Origin: Minisyncoccota bacterium
GTDB taxonomy: Bacteria > Patescibacteriota > Minisyncoccia > JAHIHE01 > JAGLIN01
DNA length: 64,000 nucleotides
Direction of reading: 5' to 3'
Assembly: GCA_028690055.1 (NCBI GenBank)
Contig: JAQVBZ010000005.1
Location: 379 to 64,378 of the forward strand
A model generated the notes under the pieces. The model made no database searches. It saw only the letters and a list, made by a program, of their open reading frames with translations, and had not been told where the DNA came from. This document shows, one piece after another, positions 1 through 11,244 of the stretch. How positions within the stretch are numbered: position 1 is the first letter of the stretch; each line of letters opens with the position of its first letter. Both the position numbers and the translations under genes were made by a program.

Positions 1-330
1 ACAAGCATATACCTATGAGCCATTATCAACATAATACAATTCCAACGTTTTCTGTATTTCTCCGATGTCCGATTGTCTTTTTGAATCTCTCGCTCGCGCA
101 GCGTTTAAGAGAGGTCTGAGAGATGCTCGCCAAAATACTCGCAATAACCATCGCAACTAAGAGCGCAATCAATGCAAAACCACTCTGTCCAGAATCCATG
201 AGGACGCAATTTATAAAATAATCTCATCAGAAATACACAGAACATCAAGTTCTATTCTCCATGCTGAATCATAATAACATGTCTATGCTATTTTTTCAAC
301 CCGAAAATTGCTCCGCCGTACCTACCAACC

Positions 331-2524
<2,194 letters not shown>

Positions 2525-2550
2525 GCCGAAATGACACAATTCCGACATTT

Positions 2551-3357
2551 CTAATACACGAGCATCCCCAAATACCAGACCATTATTTCGCTTCCCCAGA
2601 AATAACTTATCACCAATCCCAGTATCAAAAACGGTCCGAAAGGCAAAGCGCTTTTCATTTTTTTCTTGCGCAGTATTATCATCACGAGCCCCACGATTGC
2701 CCCAGACACGAAAGCGATAAATAGCGCAAGGAAAGTCTTCGAGAAGCCCAATGTCATCCCCATCAGGAATCCCAGTTTCACGTCTCCGCCCCCCATACCC
2801 TCTCCCTTAGTGATCCATATCAGAAACAAGAAAAATCCGCTGACGAGCATAGCCGCACCCAAAAAATCAAGAAATATATCAATATCAAGCCCGGTTGTCG
2901 ACAGAGCATTAATAAGGAGAAGCAAGAAAGATACGCCAATTGCAGGAAAAACCACTTCATCGGGAATGATATAGTGCTTCAAATCAAAAACAAAAATCAC
3001 AACAAGGGATAAGAATATGAACAGCAAGAAAATGAAACGCAAGATACTCACCGTGGCAAGATCGCAAGCAGAAAAAATCTGCATAAAAAGCACGGCGGAA
3101 ATGATACCAGCTGTAATCTCCACCAACGGATACTGCCAAGAGATTTTCTTTTTGCAATATCGGCACTTGCCCCGCAAAAATAAAAAGCTCAGCACTGGAA
3201 AGAGATCATACCAGGCCAGCTGATGAGAACAGAAAAGGCATTTTGAACGAGATTTGACGATACTGTCTTTCGTGTGCAAGCGGAATATCACCACATTAAG
3301 AAAGCTACCAAACATCAGCCCAAAGACAAAGACCACCAGCAAAATAAAATAATCCAT
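2551..3357 (-). CDS. pilD: Prepilin peptidase (A24 family, PilD-like)
   Basis: 268 aa polytopic membrane protein. N-terminal CxxC...CxxC tetracysteine (CLFCSHQ...CRYCKKK) typical of PilD. Sits in the pilus cluster. Confidence 0.8.
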   Translation of the reverse strand: MDYFILLVVFVFGLMFGSFLNVVIFRLHTKDSIVKSRSKCLFCSHQLAWYDLFPVLSFLFLRGKCRYCKKKISWQYPLVEITAGIISAVLFMQIFSACDLATVSILRFIFLLFIFLSLVVIFVFDLKHYIIPDEVVFPAIGVSFLLLLINALSTTGLDIDIFLDFLGAAMLVSGFFLFLIWITKGEGMGGGDVKLGFLMGMTLGFSKTFLALFIAFVSGAIVGLVMIILRKKKMKSALPFGPFLILGLVISYFWGSEIMVWYLGMLVY

Positions 3358-3602
3358 ATTAAAAGTTATGATTATAACTATGCTATTGCATATTATTAGG
3401 AATGCAGTTTTTATACCCTAACTTGGCCTCGCTACGCCTTGGCATCGACGTGAACGTATCCGTCTAAAAGCCACACCAAAGACAACCGATACGATTTATA
3501 ATCTATAGCCTGTTAATTATCAAGATCCCCTCTCTACAATATATCACACTTTAACAACAAAAAAACGGGCAAATGCTGTCTGCTTCCTTCACGATTCCGA
3601 TA

Positions 3603-4046
3603 TCAATTAGCGTAGATACACTCATTGTTATTACAAGTAGCCGTTTCCCAACCACCAGTATTGTCTATTCCCGGTGTCAAAACAACTGAAAAAGTTCCTC
3701 CATCGCAATCATCATCAACCACGATTGAGCCAATAGAGGAAGCCGAAGGAAAGTCGCCATAGGAAGTGATATCGGAATAGTCTGAAGCTTTTCGACAAAT
3801 AGAATCTCCCGGCAAAGGCGAAGTATCTGCTGCAACCATTAGAGTAGTATTTACTGACTCGCAACACATTAGCAACGACGACTGTACACTTTTAGTGGTA
3901 GTCTGGAAGGAAACCCTGTTTGCCTTTATTCTAGCACCGGTTATGGAAGACATTACTATTGTCGACAATAGGCCAATGATCGAAATCACGACCAGAATTT
4001 CGATTAGAGAGAAACCCGAAATTTTTCTTCCAACAATCTTTTTCAT
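3603..4046 (-). CDS. Type IV pilin / pseudopilin-like protein
   Basis: N-terminal class III signal: MKKIVGRKISGFSLIEILVVISIIGLLSTIVM (G|FSLIE plus hydrophobic helix). C-terminal Cys-rich DDDCDGGTFS motif shared with the neighbouring pilin. Confidence 0.75.
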   Translation of the reverse strand: MKKIVGRKISGFSLIEILVVISIIGLLSTIVMSSITGARIKANRVSFQTTTKSVQSSLLMCCESVNTTLMVAADTSPLPGDSICRKASDYSDITSYGDFPSASSIGSIVVDDDCDGGTFSVVLTPGIDNTGGWETATCNNNECIYAN

Positions 4047-4169
4047 GTGTCTTATAAATTTATTTATATATTAACTTATGAACTAATAATATCACAAGTT
4101 ATATTTTTATACAATTTTAAAACGGATAGTCAAACTATCCGTTTTAAATTTAAAATTCAGAAAAACATC

Positions 4170-4562
4170 CTAAGAGAAATCGCAACTTGTTTCAGTACAA
4201 ACTGCAGCACTTGTCAGAGTTCCTGCAAAACTAGTAGGAAGATCGATGGTCAATGTAAAGTCCCCAGCGTCACAGTCATCTGTTACTACAACAGCACCGA
4301 TACCTGTAGGATAGTTGGCGCCCCCTGTACATATCGCCGTTCCCGCATCTGCAGCAACCGCATTCAATGCAGGACTAGGTTCGTCGCAACAGAGAATAGC
4401 ACCAGACTGAATACTGGAAACTGACGACTTGTACGATGCATCCGCAGCTTTTCTTCTTGCTCCGTTAAGGGAAGTCATAGCGATGGTCGATAGAATACCG
4501 ATGATAGCGATAACTACCAAGAGCTCTATAAGGGTAAAACCTTTAGTATTATTCATTTTCAC
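4170..4562 (-). CDS. Type IV pilin (major pilin candidate)
   Basis: MKMNNTKGFTLIELLVVIAIIGILSTIAM prepilin leader with N-methylation motif. C-terminal cysteines and DDCDAGDFT motif. RBS GGGAGGTG upstream. Confidence 0.8.
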   Translation of the reverse strand: MKMNNTKGFTLIELLVVIAIIGILSTIAMTSLNGARRKAADASYKSSVSSIQSGAILCCDEPSPALNAVAADAGTAICTGGANYPTGIGAVVVTDDCDAGDFTLTIDLPTSFAGTLTSAAVCTETSCDFS

Positions 4563-4629
4563 TTTTCTTCACCTCCCTTCAATTATTTTTTAGTTTATTA
4601 ATCTATATCTCTTAAACTTTGGAATTCAT

Positions 4630-4665
4630 AATTGCATTATAGCATACGCTATTTTTTTTGCCTAG
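4630..4665 (-). promoter_or_regulatory. Putative promoter with extended -10 (TGCTATAAT) for the pilin gene
   Basis: Minus-strand reading ...tatgctataatgcaatt... lies ~70 nt upstream of the pilin start, followed by a strong SD. Confidence 0.3.
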
Positions 4666-4666
4666 C

Positions 4667-5743
4667 CTATTTCCTAAGAAGCATCTTCAAATCGTTAGAG
4701 TTAGTAGAATAAGTCATCGCATCCTCGATAGAAATCTCTCCGTCCTTTACCATCTTCGCCAACGAGCTATTGAGCGATACCATTCCTTCATCGGCGCTGG
4801 TGTTGATTACCAGATCCAGCTGATGAACTTTATTCTCGCGAATAAGATTCTTGACTGCGGAATTCGCTTTCATAATTTCCACCGCCGGGATTCTCCCTCC
4901 CCCCACGCGCGGGATGAGTCTTTGTGAAATTACCCCCAAAAGATTACCCGCTAGCTGCGCACGAATCTGATTCTGCTGGCTAGCCGGGAAACTGTCAATA
5001 ATACGGTCGATTGTCTGCGCGGCACTGTTGGTGTGCAGCGTGGCGTAAACGAGGTGCCCAGTCTCCGCCGCAGTGATTGCCATACTGATTGTCTCCCAGT
5101 CACGAAGCTCTCCGACCAGAATTACGTCAGCATCCTCACGGAAAATCGCCCGAAGCGCATTAGAAAAAGACTTAGTGTCTGTCCCCACTTCCCGCTGATC
5201 GATCATACAACGATTCTGTGTATACACGTATTCGATAGGATCCTCAACGGTGATGATGTGCTTGAATTTCTCCAAATTGATCCTGTCGATGAGCGCCGCC
5301 AGAGTAGTGGATTTACCATGACCGGAAGGTCCTGTCACCAACACAAAACCTTGCGCCGGCTTGGTAAAATCATAAACGGACGCGGGCATACTTAGCTCTT
5401 CCAATGTTCTGATCCGGGACGAGATGAGACGGAAAGAAGCCCCCACGGAACCTCTCTGAAAGAAAGCATTGACACGAAATCTCATCTTTCCTTCCAATTC
5501 ATAGGACATATCCAACTCCTGATCCGCTAAAAACGCTTCTCTCCTTTCCTTGCTCAAAATAGACGTCACCAGCTCGAACGTATCTTGTGCCGAGAGAATT
5601 TCTTTCTTGTCGAGCGGGACCAATCTCCCGTCGATCCGCACGGTCGGATATCTGCCCACTGAAAGGTGCAGATCAGACCCTCCTTCTTCCGCAGTAATTG
5701 CCAAGAGGCTTTCCATGACTTGTTTAGAATCGATACCTGACAT
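4667..5743 (-). CDS. pilT: Twitching-motility / pilus retraction ATPase PilT
   Basis: 358 aa. Walker A GPSGHGKSTT, Asp/His boxes, and an AIRNLIRE-like motif (SAVKNLIRENK) that is diagnostic of PilT rather than PilB. Confidence 0.85.
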   Translation of the reverse strand: MSGIDSKQVMESLLAITAEEGGSDLHLSVGRYPTVRIDGRLVPLDKKEILSAQDTFELVTSILSKERREAFLADQELDMSYELEGKMRFRVNAFFQRGSVGASFRLISSRIRTLEELSMPASVYDFTKPAQGFVLVTGPSGHGKSTTLAALIDRINLEKFKHIITVEDPIEYVYTQNRCMIDQREVGTDTKSFSNALRAIFREDADVILVGELRDWETISMAITAAETGHLVYATLHTNSAAQTIDRIIDSFPASQQNQIRAQLAGNLLGVISQRLIPRVGGGRIPAVEIMKANSAVKNLIRENKVHQLDLVINTSADEGMVSLNSSLAKMVKDGEISIEDAMTYSTNSNDLKMLLRK

Positions 5744-5753
5744 AGTTTATATC

Positions 5754-6134
5754 TTATTTATTTAAAAATTCTTTTACCTTATCCACAACCTCAAGCGGAG
5801 TGAAGTGAGCCTTGATAATATAATCCACAGCCCCCAGTTTGAGTCCCTTCTCCACGCTGTCTTTTTGTCCCAAGTTGGTCAGCATGATTACCGGAATGCC
5901 CTTAGACACCCCCTCCTTGAGCTTTTGCAAAACAGAAAATCCGTCCATCTTCGGCATCACCACATCCAACAAAATCAGGTCCGGGTGATTTTTATCCACC
6001 ATCTCCAACCCCTGAATTCCATCAGGTGCTATCTCGACGCTGAACCCCTCCGACTCAAATTTAATCCTATACATATCGGAGATGAAAGAGTCATCCTCGA
6101 TGATTAGAATCTTATTCGTTTTTTTACCTGCCAT
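5754..6134 (-). CDS. Stand-alone CheY-like response regulator receiver domain
   Basis: 126 aa. ILIIEDD...ILLDVVMPKMDG phospho-acceptor Asp context. No output domain. Embedded between pilB and pilT. Confidence 0.75.
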   Translation of the reverse strand: MAGKKTNKILIIEDDSFISDMYRIKFESEGFSVEIAPDGIQGLEMVDKNHPDLILLDVVMPKMDGFSVLQKLKEGVSKGIPVIMLTNLGQKDSVEKGLKLGAVDYIIKAHFTPLEVVDKVKEFLNK

Positions 6135-6166
6135 ATTTTTTAATTAACAGATTAAAGCCACTTGGA

Positions 6167-7924
6167 TTATTCTTCGGTCACTCTCAAAATTTCCTCTATC
6201 GTCGTCAATCCTTGTAATGCTTTCACGATACCATCTTGTTTCATAGTTATCATCCCCTGCCGTCTTGCCTCTTTCTCGATTTCGCTGTCGGTAATACTGG
6301 CATGAATAATCTTTTCCATATCAGGAGTCATATTCAGCATTTCATAGATACCGACACGCCCATTCGATCCCGAATTTTTACATTCCTTACATCCCTTCCC
6401 CCGATAAAACTTAAACCCCTTATCCAAATCAATATCCAATCTCTGGTCAAGAGGAATCTTACGTATTTCCGCTTCAACTTCAGCAGTCGTTTCTGCGGAG
6501 ATTTCAATCTCCTCTTTGCAATAGGGGCAAATCCTGCGTACCAGCCGTTGAGCAACGCAAACATTGAGCGCCGAGCCGATCAAGAACGGCTCGATCCCCA
6601 TGTCCACCAGACGCGGAATCACACCCACGGAATTGTTCGTGTGCAGCGTCGAGAGCACCAAATGCCCGGTGAGTGCCGCATGCATCGCGAGCGAGGCCGT
6701 CTCCTTATCGCGAATTTCCCCCACCATTATGATGTCCGGGTCTTGACGCAGAATCGAGCGCAACCCCGACGCAAAATCATATCCTATTTCCGGCTTCACC
6801 TGGCTCTGGTTAACGCCCGCGAGATAATATTCTACGGGATCCTCCAACGTCACAATATTGACTCCTTCCCGATTGAGTATTTTCAAAAGAGCATAAAGCG
6901 TAGTCGATTTTCCCGACCCGGTAGGCCCTGTAATCAGAATGATGCCGAACGGCTTCTCAATATTTTCGTTGAGTATCTCCAAAGCCTTGGGCCTGAGCCC
7001 CAAAGACTCCAAATTACCTATTTCCGACGTAGTGTCCAAAATACGCATCACCACCTTCTCACCATTCACGGTCGGAAACGTGGAAATACGAAGATCTACG
7101 CTCTTGGTAATATGGCCTTTCTCACTCAAATTGAAGCGAAACCTCCCATCCTGAGGCTTCCTTGTCTCGTCTATTTTCAAATTGGAAAGAATTTTGATTC
7201 TGGAGACCACCGCCGGTGCCAATTTTTTCGGCAATACAAGGCTGTCGTGCAAAACCCCGTCCAAGCGATACCGCACGCGCAAATCCTTTTCTGTAGATTC
7301 GATATGGATATCGCTTGCCTTCCCTTCGACCGCATGCGAAACGATGATATCAACCACCTTACTGATTGGAGCCTCTTCGGTAATCCGATCATTCTCAAGT
7401 TGCGAGCTTTCATCATCCTTACTCTGCGCATCCTCAATCCGATCCCCCACGTTCTCCAAAGCGTCTTTGAGTTCATCACCAAGGTTTTTGTGTTGTTTGA
7501 CGATTGTATCAAAACTGCCTTGAGAAATAAGGTACGTCTGGGTATTGATCCCATGTCTGATTGAGATGAATTTTAACGCGTCCAGAGCCTCCAGGTCATT
7601 GGGGTTTACCATACCTACCTTAAGCAAAGTACCGTCAAATTCGAACGGCAATATCTTGTAAAAAACGATAGCTTTGTCCGGAATCGCCGCAAAGACCGTA
7701 TTATCTATCACTCTGTCTTTGAGTGAAATATACGGAATCTTCAGAAAATCCGCTTTTATCTTAGTAATCTCCTCTTCTTTAAAGAATTTTTTATTCAGTA
7801 AGACATCAAAAATATTCGAGGAGTTCCTTTTTGCCTCTTCATAAGCGATACCAAGATTCTCCTTCTTGTCCACAGCGCATGTCAGCAGATACTCATAAGT
7901 TTTGTCTAATTCTTGAATATCCAT
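6167..7924 (-). CDS. pilB: Type IV pilus assembly (extension) ATPase PilB/GspE family
   Basis: 585 aa. N-terminal GSPII_E-type domain, Walker A GPTGSGKSTT, tetracysteine CPYC...CKEC Zn motif typical of PilB/GspE. Confidence 0.85.
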   Translation of the reverse strand: MDIQELDKTYEYLLTCAVDKKENLGIAYEEAKRNSSNIFDVLLNKKFFKEEEITKIKADFLKIPYISLKDRVIDNTVFAAIPDKAIVFYKILPFEFDGTLLKVGMVNPNDLEALDALKFISIRHGINTQTYLISQGSFDTIVKQHKNLGDELKDALENVGDRIEDAQSKDDESSQLENDRITEEAPISKVVDIIVSHAVEGKASDIHIESTEKDLRVRYRLDGVLHDSLVLPKKLAPAVVSRIKILSNLKIDETRKPQDGRFRFNLSEKGHITKSVDLRISTFPTVNGEKVVMRILDTTSEIGNLESLGLRPKALEILNENIEKPFGIILITGPTGSGKSTTLYALLKILNREGVNIVTLEDPVEYYLAGVNQSQVKPEIGYDFASGLRSILRQDPDIIMVGEIRDKETASLAMHAALTGHLVLSTLHTNNSVGVIPRLVDMGIEPFLIGSALNVCVAQRLVRRICPYCKEEIEISAETTAEVEAEIRKIPLDQRLDIDLDKGFKFYRGKGCKECKNSGSNGRVGIYEMLNMTPDMEKIIHASITDSEIEKEARRQGMITMKQDGIVKALQGLTTIEEILRVTEE

Positions 7925-8125
7925 AAAAATTCCTTAGAGAAAAAATGAAATTGAACCTTACTAATGTAAGCATCATGCCTTTGAGTAATGCGTCCTTGCT
8001 AAGCCTATCAGCCCCGAATCCGCGGGAATACGCATCCAATACCCTGCCACAAATACATATCCACGATTTACATAAGACAGAACTTAATTCCTCATGAAGT
8101 TTAGTCCAAGATTCTCTTCAAACGG

Positions 8126-9253
8126 CTATGCTCTCTTTTCAAAATTGTAGAGAGCCAGACCGACCGCCACTGCATAGGAAGAAGAAATCGTCCGCAACTT
8201 TTCCTCCAAGAGACTGTCATAAGAAATGTCCTGAAAAGGATTTCCTATCTCCACCGGCAGATTCATCTCTTCGGACATATATTCCTGCATACCGGGCATT
8301 TGCGATGAACCTCCCGTCAGAATTACGCCAGAAATTTTCTTGCCATTAGTATGAAGATATGCCTGCTCGTTCTTCTTGGCCTCAGAAACGATGATGCCCA
8401 AGATAGGCATAAGAATGTCTGCCAATTTCTTGTCTGAGGGAGAATTCAATCCGGATTCTTTCTTGAGAAGATTTGCCCTTTCTATATTTACCCCGAAGCT
8501 ATTGGCGACGACCTTGGTCAATTCCTCGCCTCCCACCGCAGAGATACTGTGGCTTTCCGTGACTGAACCATCGTCCACAACAGTAATACCTGTCATTTTA
8601 TACCCGATATCGATTATGATATATACACCAGGTCGGTGCCCTACCAGAGAACGAGCTAACGAGAATGATTCTGTTTCAAGCGACACCAAATCCAAGCTGA
8701 AAGCATTTGCGATTGCCAGATACTTCGCTGAAATTTCTTTCGGAATGGCAATCAAGAGTACGCGGGTATTGTCCCCACCACCGAATTGGCTGCCACTATT
8801 CACCGCCGCAGACTCTTTCCCTTTCGCATCCTGCGCATTGCGATCATTGGAAATTATGCTCCAGCCAAAAACAATCTCATCCATCGGAATCGGTATATAT
8901 TTAGGAGCATCATAATTGACTGCGGCCTCAAGCTGCTCTTTAGGCATTCGAGGAAAGGAAACTACGGAAGTGAAAGTTGAAGAAGCCGGCACAGACATCG
9001 CGACTTTATGATGCGCCACGTCCGCCGTGTTCAAAATGGTCTTCATACTCTCGATAGTATCTTTGTCCAAAGATTGGATATCTTTCTTCGCAATCGTTCC
9101 GTCAGGATTGATTCGCTTCCCCGCTTCCAGAGAAACGTAGTTCCGCAGAGCGACCCGCCCGTTATCCCAAGCGAGCTCGACAATCCTTATCCCGGTAGTT
9201 CCCAGATCTATTCCGAAGAACGAGGAAGAATTTTTACTCAAAAATGACAACAT
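8126..9253 (-). CDS. pilM: Pilus assembly protein PilM-like (actin/FtsA-like ATPase fold)
   Basis: 375 aa. N-terminal FFGIDLGTTGIRIVEL phosphate-1 motif of the actin-like fold. Located in the pilus cluster. Confidence 0.7.
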   Translation of the reverse strand: MLSFLSKNSSSFFGIDLGTTGIRIVELAWDNGRVALRNYVSLEAGKRINPDGTIAKKDIQSLDKDTIESMKTILNTADVAHHKVAMSVPASSTFTSVVSFPRMPKEQLEAAVNYDAPKYIPIPMDEIVFGWSIISNDRNAQDAKGKESAAVNSGSQFGGGDNTRVLLIAIPKEISAKYLAIANAFSLDLVSLETESFSLARSLVGHRPGVYIIIDIGYKMTGITVVDDGSVTESHSISAVGGEELTKVVANSFGVNIERANLLKKESGLNSPSDKKLADILMPILGIIVSEAKKNEQAYLHTNGKKISGVILTGGSSQMPGMQEYMSEEMNLPVEIGNPFQDISYDSLLEEKLRTISSSYAVAVGLALYNFEKRA

Positions 9254-9271
9254 TTAGATTTGTTTATTTTA

Positions 9272-9787
9272 TTACTCGCCCCGGACCTGAATCTTGGTCG
9301 CGGAATTCTTTTCTACCTTCGGCATCTTAATGGTAAGGATACCATTCTTCATCGAAGCCTCCACTTTATCAATCATAATATCGCAAGGCAAAATCACCGA
9401 CCTCGAGAAACTACCCCAAAAACATTCCTGATAATAATAGTTTTCCTCCGCCACCTCTTCGGCCTTCTCCCGTGAACCTCGAATAGTAACCATATCGCTG
9501 GTAACCGACAAATCCAAATCTTCCGGTCTGATTCCGCCGACAATCGACCTGATTACTACATAATCGTCGTCCTGGTACACGTCGATAGCGAGCTGCCCTT
9601 CTTCTTCCACCCCTTCCTCGTCGTTACCCCAGTTATTTTCCATCTCCGTCTCTCTGTTTACTTGCTCGTCTTTATCCTGAATAGCGATAGCGTCTTTAAT
9701 CTGTGACTCCGACTGCACCTCGGTATCGGGATAACCCTCTTCCGACCCGACGATCTTGTCCAGGAAGGATTTCTTTTGTTTCATCAT
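9272..9787 (-). CDS. Small heat-shock protein, Hsp20/alpha-crystallin family
   Basis: 171 aa. Alpha-crystallin domain with C-terminal GILTIKMPK signature and an acidic N-terminal region. Confidence 0.8.
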   Translation of the reverse strand: MMKQKKSFLDKIVGSEEGYPDTEVQSESQIKDAIAIQDKDEQVNRETEMENNWGNDEEGVEEEGQLAIDVYQDDDYVVIRSIVGGIRPEDLDLSVTSDMVTIRGSREKAEEVAEENYYYQECFWGSFSRSVILPCDIMIDKVEASMKNGILTIKMPKVEKNSATKIQVRGE

Positions 9788-10234
9788 ATTTTTCTTTTTT
9801 ATTTTATTAAACCTATCTTAAAAAATTGGATACAAAAAATCAAAAACCCGTTTCCAAAAAAATCTTGAAAAAAATTTTAAATCATTTTTCCTCTCTGTAT
9901 TATTTTTCATCGATGACTGCACCGATAAATACAAAACCTAAGATTATTATATCATTTTTAAAAACTACGACAAGGACCTGATATCGCGAATCGCGAATCT
10001 ATCGTATTAAACGTATCAATTATTATCCCGCTTATTATAATAATCATTATTTCTTTGTTACTGCAAGGCAAAACGAGCCGGCCTGATTATCTGTTACGCG
10101 AAAATAGCAGTATCGGTTCGGTGGTGTCATTATTGTTATGATATGCTGCCCCGTACCCCCGCAAGATTTCAACCGATGCGACGCTCTCAATGACGGCTTA
10201 CATGCCATACCACATCCTACCTTTTAGCACCGTA

Positions 10235-10275
10235 CATTGACAATAATAGCTTTATGTACTATTGTCGACTCGTGC
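10235..10275 (+). promoter_or_regulatory. Putative sigma70-like promoter (TTGACA-17-TATTGT) overlapping a GACAATA/TATTGTC palindrome; drives the 10314 gene
   Basis: ttgacaataatagctttatgtactattgtcgac, followed by AGGAGG 6 nt before the ATG at 10314. Confidence 0.3.
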
Positions 10276-10313
10276 TATTTAAAGAACAAACATCGCTTTT
10301 TTAGGAGGAAAGC

Positions 10314-11129
10314 ATGATAGAATCTTTTCCTGATATGCCCACCGTGCCTATCAAAGGTTTAATAGAAGTAATAATCTTATTCTCTCAGCCTTGGGCCTTT
10401 CTTGAAGTTTTCATTGAAGGCGGTATATCATGGGCAGCGCTTGCTCCTTGCCCAAGATATAAAAACACCCATAAGTCTAAGGAGTTAACCGCATATCACG
10501 TGTCTCTAGGTCTTACGTTTTTCATGGCCTTCGAGGCATGTGCTAGAGTTCTTTACGGAGAATGGATACCTTTGGGAAAATTACTCGTTCTTCTTGTGCC
10601 GATGCTAATAGCAATCACACTTGAAGATTATTCGTGGCATATCATAAATCCCTCACAATCATATGGCTGGCGTAAGACTTTCGTCCAAAAACGCTATCCG
10701 GCCTGGAAGGGGTTATTCATATGTTACATTCCCATCGATTATTTCCTCTGGCTAGGAGGATCATTGACGACATTTCTTCTCCTTGGAGGAGATGTATGGT
10801 ATTGGCTGATAGTTGTGTCTTATTGTCTCCTGTTTGCCCTCCTGTTGACAATAACTATGCCCTTCGTTCACTGGATGATTCCTAAGTGGGGCGAATCGGT
10901 TATGGAGCATAGCAAGAAACATGTCGCTTTCATCGGAGAAGGCGTAAAAGCCACAGTAGACGTGTCTTTCTCTGATAGAAGACGGGGTTATACAACTATA
11001 ACAGAAGGCATATCGCCAGCGGGAAGAATAAACCCCGGCTCTGATTGCGTTTTGGAAGAATGGTTTAAATATGAAAAACCCCTTTTCCCCCTTTTGTTTT
11101 TAAAAAGATACCTAAAACGTCCGGCATAA
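10314..11129 (+). CDS. Hypothetical polytopic membrane protein
   Basis: 271 aa with multiple hydrophobic segments and a strong RBS. No recognisable catalytic motif. Confidence 0.5.
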   Translation: MIESFPDMPTVPIKGLIEVIILFSQPWAFLEVFIEGGISWAALAPCPRYKNTHKSKELTAYHVSLGLTFFMAFEACARVLYGEWIPLGKLLVLLVPMLIAITLEDYSWHIINPSQSYGWRKTFVQKRYPAWKGLFICYIPIDYFLWLGGSLTTFLLLGGDVWYWLIVVSYCLLFALLLTITMPFVHWMIPKWGESVMEHSKKHVAFIGEGVKATVDVSFSDRRRGYTTITEGISPAGRINPGSDCVLEEWFKYEKPLFPLLFLKRYLKRPA

Positions 11130-11180
11130 TCGCAAAAAAAATATAAACAGTATTTAAAAAAAGTAATAAAGAATATTGCA

Positions 11181-11225
11181 AAAAAAGGACAGCCCCAGAA
11201 CTGAAAGGGCTGCCCTAATTTTATT
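11181..11225. terminator. Bidirectional rho-independent terminator between the 10314 gene and valS
   Basis: GGACAGCCC-N11-GGGCTGCCC stem flanked by A-run on one side and T-run on the other. Confidence 0.5.
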
Positions 11226-11244
11226 ATATATCGAGTTTCCACGA

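Noticed and set aside
6236-7564. 442-aa plus-strand ORF antisense to pilB
   Set aside because: It lies entirely inside a motif-complete PilB/GspE ATPase on the opposite strand. It has no RBS and a His/Arg-rich shadow composition.
9788-10313. CIRCE (HrcA) operator upstream of hsp20
   Set aside because: A TTAGCAC half-site is present, but the inverted partner is 41 nt away rather than 9 nt. This is not a CIRCE element.
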